Assembly (NCBI RefSeq): GCF_009914755.1
Contig: NC_060934.1
Length of the DNA: 64,000 bases
Strand: one strand, 5' to 3'
Origin: the human T2T-CHM13v2.0 reference genome, Homo sapiens
Position numbers and translations under genes: made by a program. Positions 43,858 through 57,530 of the stretch are shown here, one piece after another. The stretch's first letter is position 1. Each line of letters opens with the position of its first letter. Under the pieces are notes generated by a model, which was given only the letters and a program-made list of their open reading frames with translations, was not told the DNA's origin and ran no database searches.

Positions 43858-45509
43858 GGTAATTCATAAAATATATTAAAAATAGCGTTCATCAATGGAC
43901 TCCTCGCAAGCATTTCTCTTCATATTCTAACCAGAGTCTAGCTTATAACAAAATAGTTTAAAATATGAGTATTAACTAGAAAGTTTAATTAAACCAAAAA
44001 ACATTTACTAAGCACCAACTATGTGCAGAGGAGGACGCAGGTACTGCAGAGAATACCAACGCGAGTGATTTTGTTTGAAGGTCAAAGCAGATTCTGGAAA
44101 GATAAAAGTGAATTACGTCCTTCCTTTTGATTGCATACTTATGTACAGCCCTGCAAAACTTTTCATTTGTTATGCAAGATATTCCATTATATAAACCATT
44201 TTGCCTTTTACCCAAGAGTGCTTCTATTTCTCCTCAATAAGCCTAGCTCTTAGGTTGGTGTTAAGCAATTTCACATAAATGGAGCTGAGATTCTTCAACT
44301 TGTAGTTAGAGTTTTCTCACAATCCTGCTTTAGAGATGTGGTCATATTAGCAATATATTCCCCTCAATACCGAGTATTTGGGCTTCCACGGTACAGCATT
44401 TGACTAGAGATTGCAACTTTATCTTTGACTTTTGCCTAAAGCTCCGTAGTGGGTGCCATCTGCAGTGAGCAATGTATTTATATCAAGCCTGTCAGTTAAG
44501 AGAACCCTCCCAGGCATTTCGAGTTGTGATCTCTACCGTATCTGCTAGAGAGCACTTAATGATTCTAAGAATAGTCTTCTTTCTGCTTCCTCCGTCCTTT
44601 CCAGGCCTGGGAGAGAAGCCCAGGCAAAACCTCCAGAGAAATGAGTGCACGCTCACACCTAAGTCTCCGGACGTCTAGTTGACTTTGTCTTTTTTCTCTT
44701 AAGACATTGATCACCCAGTTCCTGAGATCTCAGCTAGGGCGAAGTTACTTTCTGGAGAGAGTTGTGAGCCTGGTGTTCAGAATTCTTGGGTGGATTTCTG
44801 AATATCAACTTCATAGCAGCCACTGAGTATCTCCCAACCTTCTCCTTTGAGAAGTAGGGCATGAATTCCTGTCTTTCCCACCTCTCATCTCCAAGCTTTT
44901 GAGAATACAAGATGAAATAATAAATTTGAAAGTCCTTTACGGACTGTGAAACTTACAATTATTCAAACTTAAATGTGAGTGAACGTGACTAGTTTAAATA
45001 ATTGCTCACAAATGAACCACAGGTTGGTATTCATCAATGACTTGAAAAAAATAAAACGCCCAAAGTAGCTTCTCACATATTTTTGAGATAGTTAATTATT
45101 ATATTTCCCACAATAGGGGAGCCCTCAAATAACACTCAGCTGCATCAAACTCTTAATATCTGAAATAGAAAAGTGTACAGTGACAGATACAGAAACGAAT
45201 CAGTGCATTCAAATTCACAGGACACCTTCCTAGTTTGTCTATGATTTCCTATTGAACCAAATCATGATACCTAAAGGAGAATTCAATTTCAAATAATTAA
45301 CCAGGTTGTAGCCACTTCTATTCTATAGTATCATTTTCACTCTCAGTTGAGCTTTTAAGAAAACAAAAGCAGACTCAATAAAATAAATGCAATAGTGTTC
45401 AAAAAGAAAGAGATTTAAAAGGACTACAAGGCATATTAGCTGTGCAATGATAATTTTACAGGGAGTTTAGATCTTCTAGGCTGTACAGTAAGAACATATC
45501 TTGATTTAA

Positions 45510-45660
45510 AGATTCATTCATTCATCGATTCATCCATCAATCATTTGCTGATCTCTACTAAATGACAGAAACTGGGTTGGGTGCAAGGTGGTTTTTGACT
45601 TCACAGAGCTCATGTCTAGTAGGAGAGAGAGAAATAACATTAAAGTACAATAAAGTGTTT
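45510..45660 (-). mobile_element. L2 3' end
   Basis: attcattcattcat...catttgctgatctctacta...cttcacagagctcatgtctagtagg. Confidence 0.7.
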
Positions 45661-47594
45661 CAGAAAGTGTATTTTCTATGAAACTCTGCAACTATTAGGA
45701 TGTGATTGTTCATGGGCACAGACAGGAAATACGTGTTTAACAATGTCCTCAATAGCCCCAGCTCCAAGAAGGGGTCCCACCTATGGTGGCTGGTTGGCAG
45801 ATAGTTATTGAAATTCAAAGTGCATGACTAGCATTTCTTGAGAAACTTAGGAATGAATTATAAAGGATATTATGTGTGTGTTAAGATGTTATTTTAGCCT
45901 GCTTATTAAAGACAGGAAATTTGTAAGAATGTCTGCAATTCTTGAACTAGAAAATAAAGACTGTCAATTTTTATTCTGAAGGCAACAAATTAATAAAATG
46001 TGAAAAGATATGAGACCACTTCAGATTCTAACCCTGTGAATGTTTTTTTCAATTAGTTATGCTTAATTGGTTTAGTAGTTTTGTTGAGGAAAAAAGTAAT
46101 TCTGAGGTAAGTTGGTAATATAGAAAAGAGGACATTTGAATACAAAGATTTTTTTTTTTTTTGAGTATGGTAGCATATACATGAATGGCAACTGAAAGTT
46201 GGGAAGTATGTGGTTTAAGGCATCAAACCAGAGTCACTCGAGGGGAGATATGTCTAAACAGAATTAACCTCAGTGTATTACCAATGTTTTCTAAGATTTT
46301 GTTTACATATACCAAAAAAAACAGATTAAATTGGTCAAAGTATGAGTCACATAATCAGTGTATTGGGGGAGTTTTTGAAATCTGTTATTTGGCATACTGG
46401 AAAAAAAAGTATATTTCTAGCTACCCTATTAAAAGTTTTTGTTCAATTATTGTTATATTGCATAGATATAATATCAAAAAGTATCAAATTTATGAGGGAA
46501 AAGCCTGGTGAAAAAGAATCCTAGAAATTTTTTTTTTCAGAAATCTTATATGTTATCAAACATATGAAAGAGAAGCCTTTGGGAATATAATTGGAAATTG
46601 AAACTCAAAGTACATCACAAAATTCATGAGAATGAAGTGTAATTTTATCAATTTTTTTTTTATCCTGGAAGTTTGAGTCTTTCCTTTTCTAACCTGACAG
46701 ACATTCACCGTTTTGACACCTCTCTGGTGTTTTCTTCTTCTTTATTGCTACAGTAACTAAAAAAGAAGAACATGAAAACTTCATCCAATTGCAGTATTAA
46801 GCTCACTTCTAAATTGTATTAATAGCCTATGCTATGAGCATAATGGAGTAATAAATTAAGAAAATGTAAAAAATAAACATAGGTTTAATATTATTAAATG
46901 CTGTGGTAATTGTTTTACAGTAAAATTGTATAATGGGATTGTATAAGTTCTTTCGACTCATGTCAATTCAACTTTACTCAAGAGCGAGAGGACAATTTAT
47001 ACAGTTTAGTCAGTGCACCAATTCTTTTCAGCATTCCGCTCGAAATTTTTATCCTGAGTGAGTGTGAGAATGAGGCATTTTTAGTATGCAAGTAACTTCC
47101 ACCCATTTCAGTTATTATGCCCCCTCTAGTAAAAGAATTTCACTGTAATTATTGCATGTTTAGTGTCTAAATATATGTTCGTGCTTTGCATGGCACCGTC
47201 CTCTAAGTGCAAGCCATTTGTTTCACCTGGCGCTTGGTCAATGAGAGAACACACAATCTGTTCAAATGTTGATGGGACGAGAGGTCATGGTGGAATTATT
47301 ACATGACTGGCTGTGAGTCAGTTCCAATAGGGTACCTTCCCAGGGAATTAGTATGCACAATTGTTTTTGTGTGCTGGCCTGAGGCAATAGCCCTGTATAA
47401 AAATAAGAAGGCTAGGACAATTCTAGACAAACGATGACCATTTGAAATGGAGTTTCATGCCAGTGAATCTGTTTCACAAACAAATGGCACTGCACTTATG
47501 CAGTGTTCTTAATATTTCAGAACTCGTTGCATCCATCAGATTCTACAACTGGTACAATTCATCCATAGCATGCACTAGTTCAGAAAGAATGACA

Positions 47595-47896
<302 letters not shown>

Positions 47897-48689
47897 GGAA
47901 TGACAGATGTGGGGTCTTGCCTGCTTATCAAGAGAGAAACTTGCCAGAAGAATTACGTTTATGAACCTATTAATTGCCTAACTTGTCTTGGTTGTGTTAT
48001 TTGTACAACAGTGTGTTGACTGTAACTCTTTAGTTGTAAGTGCTGAGACCTTTCCACCAGTCACTAACTTCATGTGAAAAGCCTCTGCTAGGAAAGGAGG
48101 CAGTTGTCTCACAGAGTCCAAAACAAAACCCAATAGCCAAACTTCAGCAAAGGCCAAGACTGAGCTCAACCTCAGAAACAGGACCAGCACTTCTCCCCAA
48201 CTCTCCTCTCTCCCTGCCCCCACAACAGTGACTTGCACTCATTCCTTCCCAGAGTGGCTTCTTGAGTGGCGGGGGCAGGGCTGCTGACAGTGCTTGAGTG
48301 TTTTTTTACCTCCTCACACTTCTTGTCTCGCCACCACTGTCACTGTGTTTGTGTTACTATCTAGTGTTACCACCAGTATTGCTGTCCTGTGTTACTAGTC
48401 TAGTGCTACTATCACTATTACCGTTCTGTTATCAGCAATATTATTTGAGTGTACTATTGCATATACTAATACTATTACAGCTCAACCCCTGGTGAGATAT
48501 TGGTCTGAATCCTAAGTCTAAAAGCTTGTTGGAGAAAGACTCACTGGCCCTGCCTTGAGTCAAGGGCTCAACTCTGAGCCAAGCAACTGTGGCTCAGCAC
48601 CAGGTAAATCAAGAATATGGTAGCTGCCTTGTGCATACAACTCAGATTGTGGAGCTGTGGTGTCCTGGAGATTTTTGGGTATATGGAAA

Positions 48690-49500
48690 GAGAGAGAGAG
48701 AGAGAGGGAGGTGATGGATAGACAGGTAGGTAGGTAGATAGATATTTGATAGATAGATAGATAAATAGAGGTAGATGATAGATAGATAATAGGTAAATAG
48801 AGATAGATAGATAATAGATAAATAGTGACATGATTGATAGATGGATGGATAGATAGATATAGATACATAGTGGAAATAGATACATAGATATCTGGATAAC
48901 AGGTAAATAGAGATAAATGATAGTGATAGATAGATTAGATAAATACATAGGTAGACAGATAGATCATAGATAAATAGTAATAGATAGATGATAGCTACCT
49001 AGCTAGATAGATAATTGGTAAATAGAGATAGATATAGATAGATGATAGATAGACATAAATGATAGGTAAATAGAGATAGATGATAGATAGATATCAATAG
49101 ACAGATAATAAGTAAATAGAGGTAGATGATAGATAATAGGTAAATAGGGTTAGATTAGATAGATAATAAATAGTAACAGATGATTGATAGATGAATGGAT
49201 AGAGATATATAGATGATAGGTAAATGGAAATAGATACATAGAAAGATAGCTGGGTAATAGGTAAATAGAGATAGATGATTAATACATGATAGGTAATTGA
49301 TAATAGGTAAACAGAGATAGATGATAGTGATAGACTAGATAGATAAATACATAGATAGGTAATAGATTAGATAGATGATAGGTAGATAGATTGATACATA
49401 GATAATAGATAGATAGATAGTGATAGATGTTAGATAGATACATAGATACATAGATAGATAGATGATAGGTAAATAAAGATAGTTGATAGAAAGTTAAATA
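48690..49500. repeat. Compound (GA)n/(GATA)n simple repeat, about 800 bp
   Basis: gata/tagg/taaatagag motifs throughout. Confidence 0.95.
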
Positions 49501-50634
49501 GACAGCTAGAATCTGCACCTTAAATAGAAATAGCACAACAAAATAAAATTTAAAAAGTACCTGAGGAAATTCCTACAGAAGAGTGAGCCTGGAGAAGTAC
49601 AGTGAAGAGTGAGTTTATCAGAAAACAACTGCATTAATAACATACATGTGCATTAGCTGCAAGTGGGATAAAATTTAGCTGTCAGTTTTCTGGCCGACTT
49701 TGCAAGCTGTAAATAGAAGAGGAAATTATTCTCCATTTCCTGATTATGTGCCCTGAAGAAGCTCAGCAATTCTAGCATCCAGACAAAAGAAAAGTCTCTG
49801 CCTCAGCTGCAGGGTGGAGTGTGTTAAATGTCACCAACAACGTCCTAAGAGTGGATGTGTTCATCTGGGTTGAGAGTTCGAAGGCAGAAAGCAACTCCAC
49901 AAAAGCCAGTCAGCCAGTGAATCAAAGAGTTGTGGGCTAGGTTTTCTGTCCCTGCTAGTTCAGCTTTTATCAGGCATCTATTCTGAATACCTAGAGGAGA
50001 AGCAGCAGAATTGCCATCAAAGGCAGGCTGGTCATGCAAGCAGGAGGAGATGGTAGAAGAAAGCAATGAAATGTGGAGGACCCAACTCTGCCTAAACACC
50101 CAGGCCACTGTTGCTGTGCTTCTGTTTTTGTTTTAAATACTGTGCTGTCCAAGTCTTCTGAAGCCACAGTCTATCAGCTGCATTTGGATCAAAGCATTTT
50201 AGGGGATGGTCTCCAACTGGGCAAAGGGATTAGTCTTTCAGGAAAACCCCCGTATAGCCTTCTCTTCTCAAAAACATGATTCTGAGAAGCAGAGGGCAGG
50301 GATAAATTTGGGAAATGAGAGTAAAGCACTTTTCTGAAGAATGTTGCTGAAACACTTTCCTAGAACTCTTGAACTCAGGGCTTCTCATGAATCAAGGGCA
50401 CACGTGTGGCCAGGTTTGTGCGCATGCACTCATGCACTCATGTATACTACATGTATGCACACTATGTCCACACACACATGCACACCACACTCGCACAATG
50501 TGCATCAAAGCCCTCGTTTGCATGCACACACGCAGGCAACTGCTTGTATAGTTTGGTCTTTGAGATGGCTATGCTACGAGCATGCTAGGGAGAGGTTTTA
50601 CCTCTTTCTGATATTGCTCATTCCAAGCCTAGAG

Positions 50635-51109
50635 CTGCTCCTTCCAATATGGTAGCCACTGCCACGTGGGGTCATTGAGCCTTTGACACGTGGCTGATAA
50701 GAAACGAGATATGCAGTAAGTCCTTCAGGCCACAGTCTTAGTTGTGAGGTCTAAATCTGATGAATTTGCCAAAGCAACTCTGTTGAAAGTTCTGCAAATA
50801 ATTTTCCTAAGAGTAGGAAAAACAACTTCCATTCTCTAGAACAATTAGCTTCCAATTAACTTAAAATACATGCTGGATCTCAAAGACTTACTATGGAAAA
50901 AAAAGCATCGAAAGTATCTCATAAATAATTGTTTATGTTGACTACCTGTTAAAATGATAATATTTATATATTATCATATATAGGGTTAAATAAAATATTA
51001 AAGTCTGTCTTTTAAATTATTTTAATGTGGTAACCAGTACATTTAAAATTTTATATCATATTGCTGAATATCATAGAAAATAGAAATATATTCCTATTAA
51101 ACTTTGTTG
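50635..51109. mobile_element. MER33 hAT-Charlie element with an insert of about 140 bp
   Basis: tccaatatggtagccact...gagatatgcagtaagt|insert|taaaatacatgctggat...gggttaaataaaatatt; flanks gcctagag and gactagat. Confidence 0.8.
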
Positions 51110-51418
51110 GACTAGATTATAAGAAAAGATAGACATGTTGGCTGGAAGTTTCTTTTTTGATCCTCTTTGCATCCAAAGTAAGTTATTCCTCTGAGAGGAA
51201 AAGTCAGAGTCTATTTGTTTCTTTCTCTCTTTTATCCTCCATGGCTCTTTAGTCCCTAAGCCCTAAACTCTTGTCTTCCTACAAGTTCTGTTCTGTGCCG
51301 CTTCCAAATCACTGAATTTGGAAACTCTGCTCAGTTTTCAAATATATGAGATAAACTCATAGCGACCAGAGTGGAGATGACCAGGTCCCCAGCACTCGTA
51401 TGAATCACTGGATGCTTA

Positions 51419-51515
51419 TATGTATACAGGAATATTGACAGAGTTAGACTCATAACAGACGACCAGGTCCCCACTCTGGTATGAGTCTATCTCTGTCAAT
51501 ATTCATGTAGACATA
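51419..51515. repeat. Inverted repeat: 41-bp arms, 15-nt loop
   Basis: 51419-51459 versus 51475-51515, 4 mismatches, no gaps. Confidence 0.95.
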
Positions 51516-54500
51516 CGATATTTCCCAACAGATGTTTTTAGTTCCCCAGCCTGGGATGTCAGAACTCAGTGGTCTAAGTCTGGTGAGCTAATTGGCTCCA
51601 TACATCCCGTTTTTCTGCTCACACATCCATTCTTTAGAAGAGACCAGATTCACTTTTTCGTAAACAGCATGTCCACCACGTTTCCCCAGATTACCAATTT
51701 CTGACAAGGAATGATTAGAAGTGAGGTTGCCAGGTAATGAAATCGGTACATTGGAAATAGTCCTCCTACAATTTTGGAGAATGATTTCCTAGAGCTTTCC
51801 ACTGCTAATGGAAAATTCCAAGTTCTTGGTTTATCCTCTTGGTTTAGCCCTTGACAACTGGGTCTCTATGAAGCATTCTGGATTCCAGCTGATGCGATGT
51901 GAGCCCCTGGCTTGCTCAATCATCCTTGGGGCTGCTGAACCTGCTTCTCTTCATTTGCCGTCCCCTCAGTTTACCCAAATCCTGGCTAATCTCTAAAGAC
52001 CATGTCCAATCTCTTTTCTTTCATTCAGCTTCCATCACAGCCCTGGACAACACGGCCAGCACCAGTGCTTTGTTATCATGGGCTGGCCTATGCACATCAC
52101 TACTTACTCATCAACTATTTCATTATTATTTATATTATGTATTTCACATATTCTCAATTCACTTCAAAGTTACTTACAGCCCAAAACTCCATCTCCTGTT
52201 TCTTTTCATCTTCAATGACACAAAGACCAAGCTGGGCTCAGTGTGAGTCTCAATATTCCCTTTAACAAATTGTTTTCTACAACACAGAGCAGTGCTGGTC
52301 ACATGGTACCAGACCCATGGGTGCCTTATTCTCTGAGTGTGAAGGTGCCGCCTCTGGTGGAGTAACCTGTAGACCGTCAGGCATTCAATCTGCAAACACA
52401 ATGTTCTGGTGGTACAGATACCGGTTGCCAGAGTGCTCTGATGAGAAGATGAAGTCTCCCCATTTAGTCTGTACCCCACAAAGTTTCTCTAAATCTATAA
52501 AAGCTTCTCTGGTTCAGAGGTCTACGCCCACCCTGAACACACGGCAATTTCCAGCAGTGCCTCAAGTGAGCCAACATCATCTTTCAGGCCACAGTTGAAG
52601 GGGGAAGCTCTACAGCTGATGGATTCATCAATAAGCAACTCTGTTGAAGGTTCTGCAAATAATTTTCCTACAAGTGGAAAAAAAAACTTCAATTTCCTAG
52701 AACAAAAAATGTTGCATAATCAGATTGAAAAGGCATTTCCGAGGGAAATTATGGGTGAAATATTTTTTGTCTAAAGAACATTATAGTTCTACTTTCTAAT
52801 TTTGACATTTAACTTCTGCATCTTACTCTCTATGTCTTATTTCCTTCATTTCTCTCTTCCTTTCTTTCCCCTTTCATAATAATATTCAAATAACATAAAT
52901 TATTTTTTCAACTTACAATGATTTATATTTGCAGATTGATTTTATTTTCTTCAAAATCACTCAGCAGGCAACCTGCTTATCCTAAAGACAGTCATTATTG
53001 AGAATAATTTTGGAACTTCCCTTTCTAAATTGTCTTCTACACTTCAATGACATAATTTTATATTCTTCACTAATAAATCTTTCTCAGTTAAAATTGGGTT
53101 GATAGAGAAAATACAATTCAGTTGGAAGTCCAAACTACATAAGATACCCCTAAACACAGAAGACTCACCAATAAAGTTGACAGTGTTTCCACGGACTCTT
53201 TAGAAGAAATTTACTACTTAATATTTACCAAGCCATATTTCTTTACGTTATCTACCAGATGAGATGTTTCTCGAAGATAGAAACTGGTTTTCAAAATGCT
53301 TTTGAATATTTTATGGTTCTAGAAGAGTCCTCATGGTATACCAATTATCATTTGGAAAGGAGAAAACATAGGATTAAGACAGAGAAATTGTATTTCATTC
53401 TTCTCTCATAAAAAAAATCAGAATAAGAAAGAAAAAAGAATCACCTCTTCAGAAGGATTTTGAAAATAAGCTCCTTGGGTTGGGTGAAATCAAAGAAAAT
53501 TGAGAGACAAAGAACCAACCTGAGAGGAATGAATGCCGTAGACAAAAGGCAGAATGAGCAGGGCACAGAACACGATGTCAAGTCACATGTGGTCATTTTC
53601 AGAAACTTTCCAGCCTCATGTTGGCGGTCAGAAAACCTGTGAAGCCCCACAAAGCCACAGCCACCTGATGAGTAGCCAAAACCCCACTCCAGAAGGCAGC
53701 TGTCTGCCTGAGGCCCCCCAGCGTTGAACGTCCAGTGTACTAACATCACCTAGACTCCACCTGTAGAATCCCCTTTGCTCATTACAAATGGGTTTGTCAT
53801 TGTTTACTTCAACAGCGTGACTTCAAGAAGTGGCACAAAATGCGGGTACCCATTTAAAAGAGGGAAAACCAGCATATCGTACACTGAGGTCTCCTGAGCC
53901 CCCCAGGCCAGGGATCATGGGCATGTGAGTCACTGGCTCCCATTCAGAGAAGTCCCCTCTGTACGTGGACACGAGGAAAGCCCTTCCCTGCAGCGTGGTT
54001 GGCCTGGTCCTGCTGCGGTCCCCACACAGGCTTGCACTGCATCTGTTTAGAGGACGTATTAGTAGCTCTGTCCTGGAGAGATTAGTTTCCAAATTCAGTG
54101 GTTTATAACGACGGGTTGCTCCACACTAAGGTTTCTGAAGGACTGTGGGTCTTCTGTGAAGCATATTATTTCTTCCACGTTAAACACCAGAACTTGCATC
54201 CTGCAGGGGTCCTCTGTGCTCCTGCCACCTCCTGCCTGTCCCTCCGGTCCCCACTCTGTTCATTATGAGTCTGTCTCTGTAATATCCATGTCTACACGCA
54301 ATGTTCCCCAACAGACCTTTTCAGTCCCCCAGCCCCTCCCGAGGGCAGACACACCTGGGCTTTCTGCTCTCCTGTATGGCCCAAGACCGTCCCGGAACGG
54401 GTCACAGCAGCAGAACGCGTGCATAAACATTTCCGTTTCTATTCTGATTTCCATGTGTGTTGATACCTGTATTTATATGTTCAACATTTCTTTATATCTA

Positions 54501-54964
54501 TGAAAATATTAATATTTATATTTCTGTATGTATGTTTGTATTTCTAGTTAGGTTTGTAGCTGGGTCCTATGTCTATGATTCACTACACGAAAGAGAATGG
54601 GCTTCATGGTTTCTTGAGAGAAGCAGTTTCAAAACACGAGACTCCCAGGAGTCCTTCTCCCCTCCAGCCCCCGTCTACTAAGAAGGCGTCTCAGGCCTGC
54701 CTCCCACTTCTGCACAGCCAGAGCCACCCGTCGAGGTCCAACTCCAAACGCTCTTCTCAAGGTCTTGTCTGTGGTGGACTTGGCACTCTTGCTGCTGTAT
54801 TTTTCATATGTGCCTGTTTCTTTTCTTCAATTAAATCGTAAGCTCCACACTGTTTCAGGCTTCCCTTCCCTTTTAATGACCTCATGTCATCTAGTGGGAT
54901 GTTCCATACCAGATAAGCCCAACGAAAGAGTGGAATTGAGAAATGTGACAGCGGGAAAGAAAGA

Positions 54965-55125
54965 TAGCCATCATTTCATCCAACCCTTGTAATTTCATCA
55001 ACAAGAAAATTCAGACTTGGGAATTCTGTGACCTGCCCGGGGTCATTTAGAAAGACAATAGCCCAAGGGTTATGACAAGAACCTGGTTTCTCTGGTTCCC
55101 AGAACGGTGGCTATTTTTATTACAT
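54965..55125 (-). mobile_element. MIR (MIR3/MIRc-like)
   Basis: tcatccaacccttg...gtgacctgcccggggtca...aagaacctggtttctctg. Confidence 0.6.
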
Positions 55126-55640
55126 AGATTCCTTCTTTAAGTGTACACATCCATTTCATAAAATGAGTATTGGTAGCAGCTCACCCTATTTGTCTTCCAA
55201 ATGGTTTCAAACAAAGGATGGAGGACAAAGTCACATTATGACATATGTGGTGAGATGTTCATCTTCCTGGAGGGAGAAATAAAATAAAGAATGTGGCACT
55301 CATTTTTATTAGAATCCAACAGCTTGTGTGAATGTATTTTCTTTCCTTGTAAGATCTCTGGGCTAAAGATCATTCCAACACCCCCCTCTGCAGAATGTCA
55401 CTGAAGCGAAACCGTCCACACAGAGCAGCGAGGCCAGGACAGCAACCGGCAGCCCACGGACTTCACTGGCACGAAGCAGAGAGCACGCTGTGGGCGAGGA
55501 AGGAGCTGGTGAGACCCGCAGACAGGAAGAGCTCCCTGGAGTCCCGGCCGGGCCAGCAAGGCCAAGGCCACTGTCCACTGTGATGCAGCGTCGGCGTCTG
55601 CTTCTCCACTGGAAGAAGCAAGTTTGCAGTCAGAGCGTAA

Positions 55641-56004
<364 letters not shown>

Positions 56005-57148
56005 TAATGTAGAAATAGGTGTTGGGCTCCACAACGCCATGGGAGCGTTTCTCCTGAGACGTGAGCTAACATGTGTGAGGAGTCAGGCTGCAGTGACTTG
56101 TGCTCCTCCTAATAACCTCACCTGGACCCATTCGTCAGGACTACACAAAGGGAAAATTACTTGAGTTAATACAAATGAGAACATTTCTTAAGGAATTGAG
56201 CTCTTCAAAATCCCAGATCACCACAATTATTTATGTTATGGCCGATTGGCCACCTATTGGGATACTGTGAATGGAGAAAAAGAACACAGGATTTCCAGAG
56301 ACATTGGTAACGCTGTCATCCTCAGACTGAGACTTCACAGGGCTGGCTATGAACTCCTTAAAAAAAAAATAGCCCCTATCACACTTCAGAATATAAAAAT
56401 GCCTTCTGGAGAGTCTAAGATAGGCTCACCGTTTATCATTGCAAATGATGATCTAGCAAAGTTCCAGGTTTGGTGCCAAAAAATTATAGATACTAAAATA
56501 GCGACCCGAATGCCTCTGTGCAGCTCCCTGCATATTTTCTGTTCACGTCATTTTTATAAGGAACAGTGACATTCCTTTTAATTGCCTCTGAATTTATTTA
56601 TTCAGTCTATGTCAAATCTAGCAAAGCCATATTTTTTTCTCGATTTTTGAAAACACGCATGAGCACCTTGTCACATGTACCCCTTTTTTTCTTAGGGAAA
56701 AGAAATCAAAGAAAGAAAGCAATGATATAGAAACTGGCATTTATTTAAAATCACTCTGTGGAACACCTTAATTAGAACCCGCACAGTTCTCTATGCAGCA
56801 TCTTACGTTTCTGAGTTTATGACAACTGTAAAAATCATTTATAGCAACATGAAAATCAACTTCTGAGTTGTCTTAGATAAATCTGACAGATTGGAAGGCC
56901 TCTTTGGAAACCATAATGAGAACTTCAGAAAGATGAGGACTTGAAACGTCTTCTGCTTGTCTTGCTGGCGATCCGTGCTGCAGATGTAATTAGAGTGCAT
57001 CATCCTTGAGGGTTACTAGTATTATGACTTATTAATCTGTGACTCTTCTAAACATATTATTTCTCTTCCCAGCCCTATAGTCCTCGAAAATCGCTGATGC
57101 CTGTTGCTTTGAGCAGAAATGTCTCTTCTTTTTTTACGCAGTTCTCCA

Positions 57149-57394
57149 TGGGGTGCACAAATTTCTGCCATACAAATGCACACCTTTGTGTCCATTTGAT
57201 GAAAATCAAGATCATGACACTGAAATTCTGTATGTTTTGAATAAGGAAAGCACAGTTTAAAAAAAAATCTGGGATGCACAGATTTCTGCCATACAAATGC
57301 ACACCTTTGTGTCCGTTTGATGAAAATCAAGATCATGACATTGAAATTCTGTACGTTTTGAATAAGGAAAGCACAATTTAAAAAAAAAAAAAAT
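57149..57394. repeat. 121-bp tandem duplication
   Basis: Copies start at 57149 and 57270; few substitutions. Confidence 0.95.
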
Positions 57395-57398
57395 CAGA

Positions 57399-57530
57399 GG
57401 TCAGGTGTGGTGGCTCCTGCCTGTAATCCCAGCACATTGGGACGTTGAGGCAGGAGAATCACTTGAGCCCAGGAGTTTGAGGCCAGCCAGGGCAACATAG
57501 CAAGACCCTGTCTCTGAAATAATATAATTA
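57399..57530 (+). mobile_element. FLAM_C or Alu left monomer
   Basis: ggtcaggtgtggtggctc...cttgagcccaggagtttgag...caacatagcaagaccctgtctct. Confidence 0.88.

Noticed and set aside
55391-55510. GC-rich possible coding exon (ctgcag...gtgaga)
   Set aside because: Weak splice sites, no recognisable peptide in any frame, no partner exons
56150-56570. Possible third CR1 RT relic or 107-aa ORF
   Set aside because: Similarity too weak to call by eye
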